Shown: positions 17,201 to 27,966 of the stretch, one piece after another | How positions within the stretch are numbered: the stretch's first letter is position 1 | Layout: each line of letters begins with the position of its first letter | Assembly: GCA_001602415.1 (NCBI GenBank) | Contig: CP012155.1 | Coordinates: 1,718,718-1,782,717, forward strand | Source: Bacteroidetes bacterium UKL13-3 | Lineage (GTDB): Bacteria; Bacteroidota; Bacteroidia; UKL13-3 | Reading direction: 5' to 3' | DNA: 64,000 nt | Program-made: the position numbers and the translations under genes | The notes under the pieces: model-generated | Database searches by the model: none | What the model was told of the DNA's origin: nothing | What the model saw: the letters and a program-made list of their open reading frames with translations, nothing else

Positions 17201-17619
17201 AAAGCAGTAAAACCGCCTCTATATTCTTTTAGTAAGGTATATGTATCTTTCCCTGTTTCGCGGTGAATAAGTTTAATTAAAATTTTCCCTTGGCTTACTG
17301 TGAGGTTCACCAAATCATCCATAAATTGTTCCTTTATGGCTTCTTCTGTTCGTTTGAGGTACTCTTTTCGTGCTTTTTCGGTAGGTAATAGTTGTAAGTT
17401 CTGTTCCATTAGTTGAAACCTAAAGCCCGCCATTTTTGCGTAAGGAAGAACTTTTTTTACATCTCGAATCAATTTTTGGTAACGTTTTTCGTACTCAGGA
17501 TCCTTTTGTGCTTCTACAATAAATGGAGGTAAATCATACTGTTTCATGGTATCTGGTTGCGCAAAGAGCTTGTTGGTAATTAGTAAAAACAGTATGCTGA
17601 TCCAAATATATCTTTTCAT
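17092..17619 (-). CDS. secreted hypothetical protein (Bacteroidota DUF-type, possibly DUF4294)
   Basis: Signal peptide MKRYIWISILFLLITNKLFAQ; 175 aa, charged helical protein. Confidence 0.55.
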   Translation of the reverse strand: MKRYIWISILFLLITNKLFAQPDTMKQYDLPPFIVEAQKDPEYEKRYQKLIRDVKKVLPYAKMAGFRFQLMEQNLQLLPTEKARKEYLKRTEEAIKEQFMDDLVNLTVSQGKILIKLIHRETGKDTYTLLKEYRGGFTAFYWQGLARVFSADLKNEYNPVEDWQIENIIKTLGFE

Positions 17620-17651
17620 GGTTATTGCAAATGAAATAATGATGCCAAATT

Positions 17652-18773
17652 TTATTCGAAGATAATGAATTCAACTCTACGGTTTTGTTCTCGTCCTTTA
17701 TCTGTATTGTTATTCGCAATGGGTTCTTTACTTCCGTTTCCTTCAAATTGAATACGATAGGAATCAATTCCATTTAACTCCAAATAATTAGCTATCGATT
17801 TAGCTCGCCCTGCCGATAGTTTGAGGTTATATTCATCACTTCCTTTTGCATCAGTATGTCCCGAAATTTTGATAAAATAGGTTGGATGTAGTTGGAGATA
17901 GTTAACCAATATATTAAGTTCAGTGTATGAGTTTGGCAGCAAATCTGTTTTATCAAAATCGAAGAATACATTTTTGAGTATGATAGATTTTTGCGTAAAG
18001 AAGGTGTCGATTGCATCATCCAGATGCTCGGCTGAGTCGGGTAGGAGATGCGAAATGAAATGATTGCTTCCGGTGCATTTCTTTGCCAAATAGTGCCTGC
18101 GTGTTTCACCGAAATACGCCAATTCACTCTCCGAAGTTTCATACTTGGTTGAGGAGTCGTTTGGAACCAACGAAACACTATCAATAAGATAGCTACATAC
18201 TTCCGATTTTCCTTTTATGCGCTTCCAATATAGTTCTTTATCCGATTTGAAATTGCCAACAACGATAAATTGTTCACTTCCGGTGGCCTTGTAGGATGCA
18301 CTTATTTTTGTCCATGTATTACGTTTGCCGATAAACTTTTTGTTACTTTTTAACTTAAGTTGATAGGGTATATTAAGTCTATCATCTGTAAACTTTACTG
18401 TAAACGTATCGCTAAAATAAACACCCAATTCATCGAGCAAAAATTGTTTAGGCATTACATACATTGATACTGTATATTCTTTACCTGCAATAAGTTGGCT
18501 AAGTATAGGTGCCTGCAAATATGTTCTAAAATTGTTGCCTCCAATTGCTGCGGCAACAATCTCGGCAGCAAATGAATTGTTCATTCCAGGCTTTGGGTAA
18601 TTGGTGGATGTATACTTACTAAAGTTGGTTTTAAACCAACCTTTAGGGCAACAAGGTTTATCGTTTTCACAACATATATTTACATCTTCAAATCCACAAT
18701 TTGGGAGTAAGTTTTGAGCCCAAACCGACCAGGTTAACAAGATACAAAGGAAGAGGTTAGTCCATTTGAGCAT
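17652..18773 (-). CDS. OmpA-family outer-membrane/peptidoglycan-associated protein
   Basis: C-terminal OmpA domain (FDFDKTDLLP...ISGHTDAKGSDEYNLKLSAGRA...NRRVEF); N-terminal signal peptide. Confidence 0.8.
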   Translation of the reverse strand: MLKWTNLFLCILLTWSVWAQNLLPNCGFEDVNICCENDKPCCPKGWFKTNFSKYTSTNYPKPGMNNSFAAEIVAAAIGGNNFRTYLQAPILSQLIAGKEYTVSMYVMPKQFLLDELGVYFSDTFTVKFTDDRLNIPYQLKLKSNKKFIGKRNTWTKISASYKATGSEQFIVVGNFKSDKELYWKRIKGKSEVCSYLIDSVSLVPNDSSTKYETSESELAYFGETRRHYLAKKCTGSNHFISHLLPDSAEHLDDAIDTFFTQKSIILKNVFFDFDKTDLLPNSYTELNILVNYLQLHPTYFIKISGHTDAKGSDEYNLKLSAGRAKSIANYLELNGIDSYRIQFEGNGSKEPIANNNTDKGREQNRRVEFIIFE

Positions 18774-19917
18774 GTTGTTTTTGTTTACTTAAATAGAGCG
18801 TACTGATTGCTCCAATAATAAACAAAACGGTTGAAATTATTTCGGCTTGGGTAATAAAATGGGTTCCTATATGGTAGGTTGTGTTTACTCTTATTTGTTC
18901 AATTAGAAAACGTTCAACACCATTAAACATTAGGTAAATACTAAACATTAAACCAGGTGTTTGAATACGTTTGCGAATAGCCCATAACATACCAAAAATG
19001 GAAAGCGACATCAATACTTCGTAAAATGGTGTTGGGTATACAGGTTGTGGTAATTCAAAACAGTGGCGACCTTCACAGCCCAGAATAGGTACTCCTTCAC
19101 TTACTACGTTGTGCGGGTAAGTAAAACTCCACATCCAATCAGGTAGTACCGCCATCCATTCAGGTTTGGGAGCGAGGTTTACAATACCCCAATCGCCATC
19201 ACCACTCATTTGGCAACCAATTCTACCAATTCCGTATGCAAGTATCAAAGCAGGAGCAGCTGCATCAATCATGTGTTTCCAGTTAATGCCATTTTTGCCG
19301 GTGTAACGCAAAACAGCAAAAGCAGCAACAATAAGTCCCCCATAAAAAGTTAGTCCACTAAACGATAACAACGAGCCAATTGGATCTTGTGCAAACTCAT
19401 CCAAATTTTCGAGGTTATGAAAAATTTTGGCTCCCAATAAGCCAGCAACTGCAGCAATCAACAAAATATTGCCCATTAATTGGTGAGGGGGAACCAAAAT
19501 TTGTTTTTGCTCAGGGGTATGTGCTTTTGCTTTATTATCCTCTTGTTTAAGAAAATAATAGGAAACACCAGCGCCTAAAATAGCGCCTAAAAAATTTCCT
19601 CTTCCCGAAAGAATAAATCCTTGTGTATCATTTAGTAATTCGCTGTAGTTTAAAACAATATCCAATAATTTGTATCCAATAAGTGCTCCAAATAGCAGTT
19701 GAATAATATAATCCTGAGTGGATACTCTTTTGTGTAAGGTGATTGTTTTAAGTATGGGCTTAAGCAATCCATTTTTCTCTTTACGCTGCAATTCACTTGA
19801 TGTTGCCCAGTAGGCTCCTAAAAACGAAAGCCCCATAAAAAAACCAAAAGTTTGAATAGGGAGTGGAATATAGATGCCAATAAGATCGTTGAGCAAATCA
19901 GATATGGTTGGGTACAT
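18757..19917 (-). CDS. lgt: prolipoprotein diacylglyceryl transferase
   Basis: Polytopic membrane protein with the Lgt signature YGIGRIGCQMSGDGDWG. Confidence 0.75.
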   Translation of the reverse strand: MYPTISDLLNDLIGIYIPLPIQTFGFFMGLSFLGAYWATSSELQRKEKNGLLKPILKTITLHKRVSTQDYIIQLLFGALIGYKLLDIVLNYSELLNDTQGFILSGRGNFLGAILGAGVSYYFLKQEDNKAKAHTPEQKQILVPPHQLMGNILLIAAVAGLLGAKIFHNLENLDEFAQDPIGSLLSFSGLTFYGGLIVAAFAVLRYTGKNGINWKHMIDAAAPALILAYGIGRIGCQMSGDGDWGIVNLAPKPEWMAVLPDWMWSFTYPHNVVSEGVPILGCEGRHCFELPQPVYPTPFYEVLMSLSIFGMLWAIRKRIQTPGLMFSIYLMFNGVERFLIEQIRVNTTYHIGTHFITQAEIISTVLFIIGAISTLYLSKQKQHAQMD

Positions 19918-20047
19918 TATTATTTAGGATTTAAGACTTGAGATTTACGATTTGAGAATTGAGAATGTTATACGAAGAACGCTAAAATAACTGAGAAGAA
20001 ACAGTTTGAAATAAAAGACAATCAATGCTGAATTGAGGTGTAGCCAA

Positions 20048-21352
20048 TTAAAATACCAATGCAGGCATTTTCACACTAACCAGCATTTCTGCATCAATTT
20101 CTACAAGTGTTACATTTTCAATTTCATTAACCGAAATGGGGTCGTAAGGCTTTTTTACCTTAATGTAATTATCTGTAAATCCGTGCATGATATTTCCATC
20201 ATTTTCTATTTCCCATAAAACTGGACGAGTGTTACCAATATATTGCTCGTAAAAATATCTACGTTTTTTATCGCTTAATATGTGCAGCATTTTACTGCGT
20301 TCGGCTCGCTCATGCATAGGAATTTTTTCTGCCATTTTATTGGCAGTTGTATTTGGGCGTTCGCTATATGTAAACACGTGCAGGTAAGAAATATCTAATC
20401 CATTCAAATAGTTATAAGTGTCTAAAAAGTCATCATGTGTTTCGCTCGGAAATCCTACAATCACATCTATACCAATACAACAATGAGGCATCAACGATTT
20501 GATTTTATGAACTCTTGATGTGTATAATTCAGTTAAATACCTTCTGCGCATGCTCTCCAAAATTTTATCCGAACCTGATTGGAGTGGAATATGAAAATGA
20601 GGGACAATTGTTTTTGACGATGCTACAAATTCAATAATTTCATCGGTAAGTAAATTAGGTTCAATAGATGAAATTCGCAAGCGATTTAAGCCTTCAACTT
20701 CATCTAATGCCTTTAATAAATCAAAAAAGGTTTCTCCAGTTTGCGCACCAAAATCACCAGTGTTTACGCCCGTTAATACAATTTCTTTAATGCCCGATTC
20801 AACTACTTCTTTTGCTTGTTTTACCACATTGGCAATAGTATCGCTTCTGCTTTTTCCTCTTGCAAGCGGAATGGTACAAAACGAACAAAAATAATCGCAA
20901 CCATCTTGAACTTTTAAAAACGAACGGGTACGATCGCCAATGGAATAGGAGGCATGATATTCGAGCACCTCTTTTATTTTACCATCTTTTACTTCTGCAA
21001 CATCCTTTTTACGTGTATCAGTAAGGTATTCGCTGATGTTGAATTTTTCGGCAGCACCCAACACCAAATCCACTCCGGGTATTCGAGCAATTTCTTTCGG
21101 TTTTAATTGGGCATAACAACCAATAATGGTAACAAAAGCTCGGGGGTTGTGGCGAAGGGCTTCTTTAACGATACGCTTACATTTTTTATCGGCATTATCG
21201 GTTACCGAGCAGGTATTGATTACATAAACATCTGCGCCTTGTTCAAAGTCTACTTTCTGGTAACCTTCTTCTTTTAGTTGCCTTCCGATGGTTGATGTTT
21301 CTGAAAAATTCAGTTTACATCCGAGTGTATAAAATGCTACGCTTTTGTTCAT
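20048..21352 (-). CDS. mtaB: radical-SAM tRNA methylthiotransferase (MtaB-like, MiaB/RimO family)
   Basis: N-terminal MTTase domain FYTLGCKLNFSETS. Radical SAM CxxxCxxC (CDYFCSFC). C-terminal TRAM region. 434 aa. Confidence 0.75.
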   Translation of the reverse strand: MNKSVAFYTLGCKLNFSETSTIGRQLKEEGYQKVDFEQGADVYVINTCSVTDNADKKCKRIVKEALRHNPRAFVTIIGCYAQLKPKEIARIPGVDLVLGAAEKFNISEYLTDTRKKDVAEVKDGKIKEVLEYHASYSIGDRTRSFLKVQDGCDYFCSFCTIPLARGKSRSDTIANVVKQAKEVVESGIKEIVLTGVNTGDFGAQTGETFFDLLKALDEVEGLNRLRISSIEPNLLTDEIIEFVASSKTIVPHFHIPLQSGSDKILESMRRRYLTELYTSRVHKIKSLMPHCCIGIDVIVGFPSETHDDFLDTYNYLNGLDISYLHVFTYSERPNTTANKMAEKIPMHERAERSKMLHILSDKKRRYFYEQYIGNTRPVLWEIENDGNIMHGFTDNYIKVKKPYDPISVNEIENVTLVEIDAEMLVSVKMPALVF

Positions 21353-21472
21353 TGCGCGGCAAAAATACAGAAAATTGTTATACTATCTATTTGTTGGATG
21401 CGAGTCGATCAATTCCTTCATTGTGAGTTCGTAAAATTGTTTTAAGAATTAATTATGAATTTACTCTAAGAA

Positions 21473-22573
21473 TATGTAAGTTCAAGTCATAAGTGCAATT
21501 TTTTTAGTAGCACTTGATTAGCGGTTAAATAATTAAATTTTCTTATTGGCCTGTTATTGATTTTACGCTCAACTTCAAGCACTTGTTTATTTGATACAAA
21601 TGTAAGGTCTGTTTTCTTAGGAAAAAACCGTCTTATCACCCCAATTCTATTTTCAACTGTTCCCTTGTCTTGGCTTGTATATGGTCTAGTGAAAAAAGTT
21701 TTTACATCCATTCGATTAGCAACCTTAGTGTGACAACTAAAAGCTTTATCGTTATCAAAAGTCAACGTTTTAGGCTTGTATTTATTCCTCATTAGGTTAC
21801 TTATAATGGCTTGATAAACTTGATTGCTATCCTTTGCCGTTAGTTTTTTGAGTCTGGTATGTAAAGTAGCTCTGTCTGTCATAACTAATAATGCTCCTTT
21901 ATGATTTCTTCCCATCATTAAATCCACTTCAATATCTCCTATTCGCTTTCTTTGAGCTACAATTGCTGGGCGTTTAGCTATTGGGGTTCTATTTAAAATA
22001 ACGCCTCTACTATCTTTTCTATTGCCTCGTTTTCGCCTTCTTTTACCATGCTTTAAATATTGATACAGCTTCTTATATGGCTTAGTTTCTTTCGTATTAG
22101 TATGCTTACACTCCCATATCCATTGATAGATTCGCTCGTGGCTCACCATATCGTTAATGGAGTTACTTATCAATTCAGGACTCCATCTTTCATTTTTAAT
22201 ATAGCTACTAATGGTAAGCTTCATTTCACTTGTAAATACTTCATATTTAGGTTTTTCTAAATGTCTAATATTTGTTTTACGCTGTGCATTTAGAGCCATA
22301 TACTCTCCTGCCGTTTTTCCTCGCTTTGCGATATTACGTTTTAGCTCTCTACTTATAGTTGATGCATGAACGTTTAATTGCTCTGCGATCTTTTTTTGAC
22401 TGAACCCTGCTTTTATTAAACATTCAATCTGATATCTTTGCTCTAAACTGAGCTGTTTGTAATTTTTTGACATAGACAATCCAAAGATTGCACTACTTGG
22501 TCAAAAGAAAAAAGCCCTCAAAAGCTTTTTTCTTTTGTTTCAAAAATTGCACTTATTTGTTGAACTCAGCATA
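21473..22573 (-). mobile_element. IS30-family insertion sequence (~1.1 kb)
   Basis: Terminal inverted repeats: TAAGTTCAAGTCATAAGTGCAATTTTT (about 21478-21504) and its inverse AAAAATTGCACTTATTTGTTGAACTCA (22542-22568), with 22/27 matches. A single IS30 transposase ORF lies inside. Confidence 0.75.
21487..22479 (-). CDS. IS30 family transposase
   Basis: 330 aa; N-terminal HTH (LSLEQRYQIECLIKAGFSQKKIAEQLNVHASTISRELKRN); DDE core typical of IS30. Confidence 0.85.
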   Translation of the reverse strand: MSMSKNYKQLSLEQRYQIECLIKAGFSQKKIAEQLNVHASTISRELKRNIAKRGKTAGEYMALNAQRKTNIRHLEKPKYEVFTSEMKLTISSYIKNERWSPELISNSINDMVSHERIYQWIWECKHTNTKETKPYKKLYQYLKHGKRRRKRGNRKDSRGVILNRTPIAKRPAIVAQRKRIGDIEVDLMMGRNHKGALLVMTDRATLHTRLKKLTAKDSNQVYQAIISNLMRNKYKPKTLTFDNDKAFSCHTKVANRMDVKTFFTRPYTSQDKGTVENRIGVIRRFFPKKTDLTFVSNKQVLEVERKINNRPIRKFNYLTANQVLLKKLHL

Positions 22574-22752
22574 TAAAGTATGATCATTTGTTGTAAAACA
22601 AGAACGAACAGACAAAACAGTTTATGGAACAATAACATTAATCCGATAAACTATAGGTGGTGGTTATTCAAACATATTCTGCGGTATCATAAAAATTTTA
22701 CATGATGCCACTTTATTTTCAATTATCTTGTCTTCTTAAATATTGTTGGTAA

Positions 22753-25700
22753 ATGCGCATACCCCGTTTTTTAGTATTCATTGGATTTGTTTTGTTGGGC
22801 GCTTTACGAAGTGTTGGACAATCGTGTACCATCATTATCAGTGATAGTGTTTTGTGCGAAGGAGCCACAATGCCTTTTACGGTGAATGTATCGGGAGGCA
22901 CACCAACAGCCTACTCCTGGAATTTTGGTGATGCTTTTACGGCTTCAACTTCAGCCCCAAGACACACTTATACAGTTGCCGGAACGTATTTTCCTACTGT
23001 AACTGTTACCTTTTCGGGTGGTGCAAGTTGTTTGGCAACTGCTCCAAGGGTAAGGGTGTTTGCCAATCCAAAATCGAAGTTTACCATCACCACCAATGAT
23101 TCAATGTGCTTTAAAGGAAACAACTTATGTGTCCTCGATCAATCAACTCCCGGAAGTTCCAATGCACCCATCAAAAAAAGAATTTTTCAGTTAAGCAATG
23201 GATACATTCAGCGCGATTCTGTGCCATATTCTCCCAATATTTGTTATCAAAATACCACTGACGTTTTAGGGCATCTTTACACACTTGTGTTAGAGGTGTC
23301 CGATACGAACAATTGTGTAAGTCGTCTGCAAAAAGCTGATTCGGTAAGATTGTTTCCTAAAAATCCTGATATTGTTTTTCAAACCAATTATACCCCAACG
23401 TGTGGTGATGTGTTAGCCAATTTTATCAATAGCTCTGGCATGCCAATCAATAATGTAAGTAAGTTTTATTGGGATTTTGGTGATGGCAGCAGAGATAGTG
23501 TTTTTTTTAATGCCGTAGCCCATATTTTTGCCAAGCCTGGTCCGTATTTACCCAAATTATATGTGTTAGATAAAAACAACTGTGCAGATACTGGAGTTTC
23601 AAGTTATTTGGTGCAAACTATCGTGCCTGATTCAATCATTCGAAGTACCACGCCATTGAAACAATGTTTTAATCAGCATGAATTTACATTGTTCTCAAAA
23701 AATCCTACAGGCAATTCATTTTGGTCGGTTTACGATGGGAATACTCGCATTGATACAACATTGTCACCCAAGGATACCCTAAAATTAAAATTTATAAAAT
23801 GTGGTATCTTTAAAGTAAGGCTGACCGTATTTTTTACAGATTGTAAGTTTACCAAAGATACCGTTGTTGTTGTGTGGGGACCACAAGCCAAAATACAAGA
23901 TATTTCAGATGTAAATACACGGATCAAACATGGTTCACAGTGCGAAATATTCGATACCATTCGCTACAAAACACCTGTTCCATATTTGAATTGTACTTAT
24001 GGGAATGGAAGTATTTATCATTTATGGGATTTTGGAGACGCTTTTGCTCCGCCATGCACAACCGATACGAAAAATGGTTTAAACGTGGGTGTGAACTGCA
24101 ATTTTTCGCTTGATTCGATGAATGTGCAACACATGTATACTCCCGGAAAGGAGGCATGTTACTTAACCAAATTGTATATCAAGGATTCGGTTACAGGTTG
24201 CGTACATTATGATTCGGTTTCATTGTCGCTCACACAACCCAATGCTCACCCTGATACAAATGCAGTTCAAAGGCGAAGAGGTATTTATGTTGAAGGTGAT
24301 CAATGCTTGCCAACAACCATTAAAATAAGAATGGAAGAAACGCTGCCTTCTTGCTTTTATGAACGAGCATGGATTAATCCAGACTCGGCATGCAATAAAA
24401 ATAATTGGATTTTAGCCGATACATTTAACCTTCGTTTCTATAATTATAATTACAATTCAACATGCAGCAGTAATGGATACGTAACCATTGGAATCATTAT
24501 TAAAAATGGTCAGGATAAGAATGGAAATGATTGTTACGATACCGCTTGGTACCACAATATTTTGCGATTGGTTCCAATTAATGCTAACGTAAACTTCACC
24601 ATACAACGTGGATGTGAAAATTCGCCAACACTGTTTAAAGCAGAAGATAGCATTCAATATGAAATTAAGCGTGTAACTTGGGATTATACATCTCGATTAG
24701 TGTATGGTGAAACTGGCAATGGGTATAGTATTAATAACGAAAAAACGCCAACCGATACCCTTAGCCAACTATTATCTGAAACAGATTCTGTCATCAATGC
24801 CCAATCATTCAACTTCAGAAAAAATGGTGTGTACACAATGCTTACCAAATTTGTCTCCAAACAAGGATGTTCGCGCACCAGCGCAAGACTTATAGCCGTT
24901 GGTTATTTTGCAGGCTTTAAAGCTAGTAATGTAAACTGTTTAGGGGATAGTATCACGCTTACCGAAAAAATACAATATTACAGCAGTGCAAATGCAAACT
25001 ATTTACATCCTACAGAATATTGGAAAATGCCAAGCAGAGAGGCCGCGAACAAAGAAAAAATTTGGTGGGATATTGGTGATGGAAAAGGTTTTGCATATAC
25101 AGGTTCTCTTCCTAAAATAAAATATGACAAGCCCGGAACGTATACCATTAAAATGCTTACACGTGATAGTTTGGGTTGTTTAGATACGCTTGTAAAAGTA
25201 GATTATATAAAAGTTGTTCAGTTAAAACCTAAGATTGGCTTGTTGCAGAATACCTATTTTTGTGCGCCTCAAATAGTCCAGTTTACCGATGCTTCTATGG
25301 TTATTGATAGTTTAGGTGCAACGGTTAAATCAACAACCGATTCGGTTAAAATTCGTTTTTGGGATTTTGGAGATGCAACACCAACAAGCTTGTTTATCGA
25401 TCCTGCGCACAACTTTGTTTCTAACGGTACCTACACCATCACTTTAAAAGCAACCACTCAAAATGGTTGTGAGGATACGGCACAAGCTGAAATAGAATTA
25501 AAAGGCCCTAAACCATCGTTTGATATCATTGATACAATTGGTTGCGAGCCTTTTCAAACATTGTTTATAAATACTACAGGGAAGCAGCTTAAAACATGGA
25601 CATGGTATTTTGGTGATCCGGCCAATCAAACCTTCACTACTTCAAGCGATACTGCTGTTCCTTTTAAATACCTCAATGCCGGTGTATATGATGTTAAGCT

Positions 25701-26619
25701 GTTGGGCACAGAAAATATATTTAATCCAAGTACGGGAAACACAGTAATTTGCAACGCATTTTTCCCGGATCCCTTAACTCGCTTGCCCGAACGTAGGGTT
25801 TATGTGTTGCCAACACCTCCGCTTGATGTTGTTTCAAAAGATAGTATTTGTCCCAATGAAGAACTCAAACTTACTGCCATTGGTGATTCGGTTTATAAAA
25901 ACTTAACATGGATATATGGTGATGGTGATTCTCTGAAAACCCAACGACCCGATACGGTTGTAACCCATGCGTTCAAAAAATCGGGAACGTATGCTTTTAT
26001 GCTTATCCCAATTAATAGTAGTGGATATGAATGTGCGGATACAGTTAGGAAAAACATTGTTGTTTCGGATGTAACTGCCAACTTTAGTATCGACTCGAGT
26101 GATGCACCTCGATATACTTTTGTAAATGAAAGTTCAGTCAGTGCGGTTCGTTATGTGTGGTCGTTTGGAAAGCTATTCGCTGGTTCAAACAATCAATCAA
26201 CCGCAACAAATGGTGTGTTTAACTTCGGTTCTGATACCGGAACATTCAATGTATGCTTGATGGCATTTAACAAAGAGGATTGTTTGGATTCGCTGTGCAA
26301 ATTTATTCATGTTGATTTTGCCAGAGTGATAATTCCCAATGTGTTTACACCCGACAATAACGACAATAGGAATGATGCCTTTGATATTGATATTGTTGGT
26401 TTTACTAAATATGAATTACAGATTTTCAATAGGTGGGGTAGAGAGGTTTTTATGGCAGATAAAGATGGTGTTGGAAATGACGGAATCAACTGGAATGGGA
26501 AAGATCACAACGAAGGTGAAATATGCGCAGCCGGAGTATATTATTTTATTTTCAGTTACAAACTCATCACAGAACAATCACCCAAAACGGTTCATGGAAC
26601 AATTACACTTATCCGCTAA
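22753..26619 (+). CDS. 1288-aa multi-PKD-domain surface protein with T9SS type-B (gliding-motility) C-terminal sorting domain
   Basis: Signal peptide. At least 7 PKD-like W(D/N)FGDG repeats. C-terminus IIPNVFTPDNNDNRNDAFDI...IFNRWGREVF matches the CHU_C / T9SS type-B domain. Confidence 0.8.
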   Translation: MRIPRFLVFIGFVLLGALRSVGQSCTIIISDSVLCEGATMPFTVNVSGGTPTAYSWNFGDAFTASTSAPRHTYTVAGTYFPTVTVTFSGGASCLATAPRVRVFANPKSKFTITTNDSMCFKGNNLCVLDQSTPGSSNAPIKKRIFQLSNGYIQRDSVPYSPNICYQNTTDVLGHLYTLVLEVSDTNNCVSRLQKADSVRLFPKNPDIVFQTNYTPTCGDVLANFINSSGMPINNVSKFYWDFGDGSRDSVFFNAVAHIFAKPGPYLPKLYVLDKNNCADTGVSSYLVQTIVPDSIIRSTTPLKQCFNQHEFTLFSKNPTGNSFWSVYDGNTRIDTTLSPKDTLKLKFIKCGIFKVRLTVFFTDCKFTKDTVVVVWGPQAKIQDISDVNTRIKHGSQCEIFDTIRYKTPVPYLNCTYGNGSIYHLWDFGDAFAPPCTTDTKNGLNVGVNCNFSLDSMNVQHMYTPGKEACYLTKLYIKDSVTGCVHYDSVSLSLTQPNAHPDTNAVQRRRGIYVEGDQCLPTTIKIRMEETLPSCFYERAWINPDSACNKNNWILADTFNLRFYNYNYNSTCSSNGYVTIGIIIKNGQDKNGNDCYDTAWYHNILRLVPINANVNFTIQRGCENSPTLFKAEDSIQYEIKRVTWDYTSRLVYGETGNGYSINNEKTPTDTLSQLLSETDSVINAQSFNFRKNGVYTMLTKFVSKQGCSRTSARLIAVGYFAGFKASNVNCLGDSITLTEKIQYYSSANANYLHPTEYWKMPSREAANKEKIWWDIGDGKGFAYTGSLPKIKYDKPGTYTIKMLTRDSLGCLDTLVKVDYIKVVQLKPKIGLLQNTYFCAPQIVQFTDASMVIDSLGATVKSTTDSVKIRFWDFGDATPTSLFIDPAHNFVSNGTYTITLKATTQNGCEDTAQAEIELKGPKPSFDIIDTIGCEPFQTLFINTTGKQLKTWTWYFGDPANQTFTTSSDTAVPFKYLNAGVYDVKLLGTENIFNPSTGNTVICNAFFPDPLTRLPERRVYVLPTPPLDVVSKDSICPNEELKLTAIGDSVYKNLTWIYGDGDSLKTQRPDTVVTHAFKKSGTYAFMLIPINSSGYECADTVRKNIVVSDVTANFSIDSSDAPRYTFVNESSVSAVRYVWSFGKLFAGSNNQSTATNGVFNFGSDTGTFNVCLMAFNKEDCLDSLCKFIHVDFARVIIPNVFTPDNNDNRNDAFDIDIVGFTKYELQIFNRWGREVFMADKDGVGNDGINWNGKDHNEGEICAAGVYYFIFSYKLITEQSPKTVHGTITLIR

Positions 26620-26671
26620 AATGGGGTGTTTGCCGATTCGTGCGTGATTAATCACCAATAAAGTATTTCAT

Positions 26672-27883
26672 TTGCTGACTATGCTCAAAAAAGAACGAAT
26701 TCTACTCATCACTTTAGCGGCAATCAACTTTACTAATATCATGGATTTTATGATCATGATGCCATTGGGACCGCAGTTGATGCGCATTTTTGATATTACA
26801 CCGCAACAATTTGGATTGGTTATTTCTGCATACACATTAAGTGCAGGTATCTCTGGATTTTGCTCTGCATTTTTTGTTGATCGTTTTGATCGCAAAAGCT
26901 TTTTAACGTTTTTATACACCGGATTTTTGATTGGAACATTAGCATGTGGTTTGGCTCCAACTTATGCATTGCTTCTTACAGCTCGCATTTTAACTGGTTT
27001 ATTTGGAGGGGTGTTAGGCGCACTTATACTTTCTATTATTGGAGATGTGATTCCATTTGAGCGAAGAGGGCAAGCCATGGGAATGATTATGGCCGCCTTT
27101 TCGGTAGCATCAGTTTTTGGAGTTCCCTTTGGGTTGTTTATCGCTAACCAATTTGATTGGCATGCACCCTTTATTTTCCTTGCAATTATTGGTTTGCCAG
27201 TGATGTATTTTGTATTGAAATATGTGCCAAGCATTACCGATCATATTCATAACAAAGAAAATAGACCCAATCCTGTGGCTATTTTGCAAGGCATCACATT
27301 CGATCCAAACCAGCGCAAAGCCATTAGTTTAATGATGATGCTGATGTTTGGACACTTTTCGATAATCCCGTTTTTAAGTCCATTTTTGGTGAGTAATGTT
27401 GGATTTGAGGAAAGCCAGTTGGCTTATGTATATGCGGTAGGAGGAGTGCTTACTATTTTTTCTTCACCTCTTATTGGTAAGTGGGCCGATAAATTCGGTA
27501 AACTCAAAATCTTCACCATTTTTGTATTGCTGTGTACCGTTCCAATTTTTTTACTTACCAATATGCCACGTGTTGAAATCTGGATGGCACTCATTGTTAC
27601 TGGGGCATTCTTTGTATTTTCAGGCGGACGGTTTATTCCTGCTCAAGCCATGGTAACTTCTACCGTAAAACCGGAAACACGCGGAAGCTTTATGAGCATA
27701 TCCTCTTCGTTGCAACAGTTAAGTGCAGGTGTAGCATCTTATATTGCTGGGGTAATTGTGGTAAAACAACCTAGCGGTGAATTACTCAACTATAATTGGG
27801 TTGGATACATTTCTATTGTGGCAACAGTTATCTGCTTGTTTTTGGCTCGCAGAATTAGAACAGCAGACGGAGCTAAGTTTTAA
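26672..27883 (+). CDS. MFS transporter
   Basis: 12 predicted TM helices; MFS loop motif near FVDRFDRK. Confidence 0.8.
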   Translation: MLTMLKKERILLITLAAINFTNIMDFMIMMPLGPQLMRIFDITPQQFGLVISAYTLSAGISGFCSAFFVDRFDRKSFLTFLYTGFLIGTLACGLAPTYALLLTARILTGLFGGVLGALILSIIGDVIPFERRGQAMGMIMAAFSVASVFGVPFGLFIANQFDWHAPFIFLAIIGLPVMYFVLKYVPSITDHIHNKENRPNPVAILQGITFDPNQRKAISLMMMLMFGHFSIIPFLSPFLVSNVGFEESQLAYVYAVGGVLTIFSSPLIGKWADKFGKLKIFTIFVLLCTVPIFLLTNMPRVEIWMALIVTGAFFVFSGGRFIPAQAMVTSTVKPETRGSFMSISSSLQQLSAGVASYIAGVIVVKQPSGELLNYNWVGYISIVATVICLFLARRIRTADGAKF

Positions 27884-27966
27884 ACAGCCCCAAACGGGCT
27901 AATATTTCCAGCAGATTTGGCTGATAAGCGCAGATTTTTGTTATCAGCGAAATCTAGGGCTTAGGA

